DNA of 63,247 nt, filler included, from Octopus bimaculoides (taxonomy: Eukaryota), in assembly GCF_001194135.2 (NCBI RefSeq). It is 7 parts of 7 records of this genome, joined end to end, with 100 filler letters (N's around TTAATTAATTAA, not from the genome) between each part and the next. Parts side by side here need not be neighbours in the genome. Positions count along the whole stretch, not along the records: positions 61,536 to 63,247 come from NC_068986.1; 6 more parts are not named here. One strand, given 5' to 3'. The notes beneath the pieces are model-generated. The model searched no databases, was not told the origin of the DNA, and worked only from the letters and a program-made list of their open reading frames with translations. The translations under genes and the position numbers were made by a program. The number at the start of each line of letters is the position of its first letter. Position 1 is the stretch's first letter. This document shows positions 61,538-63,247 of this stretch, one piece after another.

Positions 61538-61835
61538 TAGATGCAGGCAGAGTGTTGTGGAATAGTGCATATAGCCTGACGCGGCGCACAAAGCTATGAA
61601 TATCAGCACGGGTCTGAAATTCGTTACTGGATGGAGTGAGGGAGATGAAGCGCAGATCCTTACTGAGAAGGGAGCGCCCCCCCCCCCCTCAGAAAAGGGA
61701 GGATCAGGAGGAATGGTAATAGCAGACTGACGTGGAGAGGGGGTAGATGAGTTAGATGAAGGAAGGGTGGTCGAGGTAATGGAAGGCTGGAAGGTAATGG
61801 AAGGCTAGGAAGAGAGAGAGGAGGAGTAAGTACAT
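61538..61835 (-). mobile_element. Penelope-like element, N-terminal ORF fragment
   Basis: AITIPPDPPFSEGGGRSLLSKDLRFISLTPSSNEFQTRADIHSFVRRVRLYALFHN matches the PLE pre-RT motif (TIPxDLPLSxxExxxLSKGLxFxPT...DxxxFxRRxRL). Confidence 0.7.
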
Positions 61836-61994
61836 GATGGGATATATATATATATATATAATATGAGTGTTATTAAAGGTAAGTTTCCAAATTATGTTGG
61901 TAGGGTACCGTATTAATTTTACCGGTTTATCGGTAAATTCATACGTCTCTATAGAGTTTGCATGTTGTCAGTAGAGAAGAAATAATGAATTAAA

Positions 61995-62392
61995 AATAAG
62001 GAGAATAGAGATTCATATATCCAGGTTTATTCTACTGTCAGTCACGTATTACCACTTCTGCACCTACATATGTTTCTGCTGCAATTTCGTGCACACTATA
62101 AAATTTTGCTTCTAGGTGTGCATTTTGGTGTTAACTGTCGCTTCTTCAAGGTGCTATTAACAGCGTGTCGGATCCCAACGCTGGGATCCCAACGCTGGGA
62201 TCCCAACGAAGGGATCCGTACCGCTGTTAATAGTACCCTAAAGAAGCGGCAATCAACACCAAAATGCACACTTAGAAGCAAAATTTTGCTATGTGCACGA
62301 AATTTCAGCAGAAACATATGTAGGAGCAGAAGTAGAAAGACGTGACTGACAGCAGAATAAAGCTGAGTACATGAATCTCTATTCTCATTATT
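61995..62392. repeat. Foldback element, ~180-bp arms, 14-bp tandem repeat at the centre
   Basis: 61995-62176 versus 62211-62392 (gagaatagagattcat / atgaatctctattctc); centre (aacgctgggatccc)x2 plus aacg. Confidence 0.9.
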
Positions 62393-62435
62393 AATTTATT
62401 ATTATTATTATGATATATATATATATATATATATA

Positions 62436-63230
62436 TAGGTGCGGTGAATAAACTGTCGTCTAAATTACGCAAAAATGAAACTAACATTGACATCTCATTT
62501 TAAGATATATTTACTAAAATTACGTAAAAATATATTGAAATACTAAAGAGTAAATTTATTCAATAGATTCGCCATTGGCTTCAAGCACAGTCTCCAGACG
62601 ACTTTGGAGTCTCCTGCAACTCTTCTGGACGGTCTCCTTGTTTAAGTTGATGAATACTGCCATAATCTTCACCTTCAGTTCATCTTTGTTACAAGCAGTT
62701 TTGTAGCCTGGGGCGTTAGATGATCAGATGTTAGAAGTGGTATGGTCGCAGAAATTGTCTGACAGCCATGACTGGATTCTCCTGCTTGTGTGGCATGATG
62801 CAGAGTCCTGTTGCCAGACATAGGGTCTTCCAGCAGCCAACCTCTTGACCCAAGCATTTGATGTACGCCCCCGTGTTGAGTCTGAGGCCGTGTGAGAAGA
62901 TGAATGGAGACATAACGTCGCCATCACTAGTCATAACTCCAAACACCATGAGGTTGACCGGATGTTTGATTTTTATCTCACTCGGTACATGTTTTGGGGA
63001 CACGGCAAGCCAACGGTTGTTTTGTGTGTTCCCCATCTAATCGAATGCCAATCAGTACAGCATGTCGTTTCCAAATTTCTGGCAGAGTGAATTGCGTAAG
63101 GATGCTGTTTTTCTCACAGACGGTACCCAACTGACCCTACTATACTGTGTAGTCGACAAAATCAACAGCAAACAATGCGCCTGCGCGAAATAAAAAATAT
63201 AAATGGCGACAATTTACCCATCGTACCCTG
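62436..63230 (-). mobile_element. Internally deleted Tc1/mariner element of maT/DD37D type with both TIRs, in (TA)n
   Basis: TIRs cagggtacgatgggtaaattgtcgcc (63230 end) and taggtgcggtgaataaactgtcgtc (62436 end), TA flanks. KHPVNLMVFGVMTSDG, YVWQQDSASCHTS; C-terminus ..ANGESIE. Confidence 0.88.
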
Positions 63231-63247
63231 TATATATATATATATAT

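Overview
AT-rich, microsatellite- and retroposon-dense eukaryotic DNA. The repeat families look like those of a coleoid cephalopod, probably Octopus (inference from recognised SINE, R4/Dong, maT and Penelope types). Six 100-bp N44-TTAATTAATTAA-N44 spacers show the window is seven assembly pieces stitched together, so neighbourhood across them is unproven. Genic content is all on the minus strand. (1) A head-to-tail tandem pair of SLC17 (sialin/VGLUT-family, MFS) transporter genes with intron-free coding regions: one complete (487 aa, 47281-48744) and one with its middle in a gap (53814-55296). The complete copy has a strongly remodelled substrate/proton pocket. (2) A secreted chitin-binding type-2 (CBM14/peritrophin-A-like) protein gene that the ORF track does not assemble: signal-peptide exon 44876-44960, 30-bp symmetric microexon 40326-40355, domain exon 38858-39155, with the 3' part missing. 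The rest comprises decayed R4/Dong, CR1-group and Penelope retroelements, Tc1/mariner, hAT and Helitron remnants, several modular tRNA-derived SINE families, seven long hairpin/foldback elements, a degenerate minimal hammerhead motif and many simple repeats. Nearly all other ORF-track entries are artefacts of microsatellites or N-gaps.
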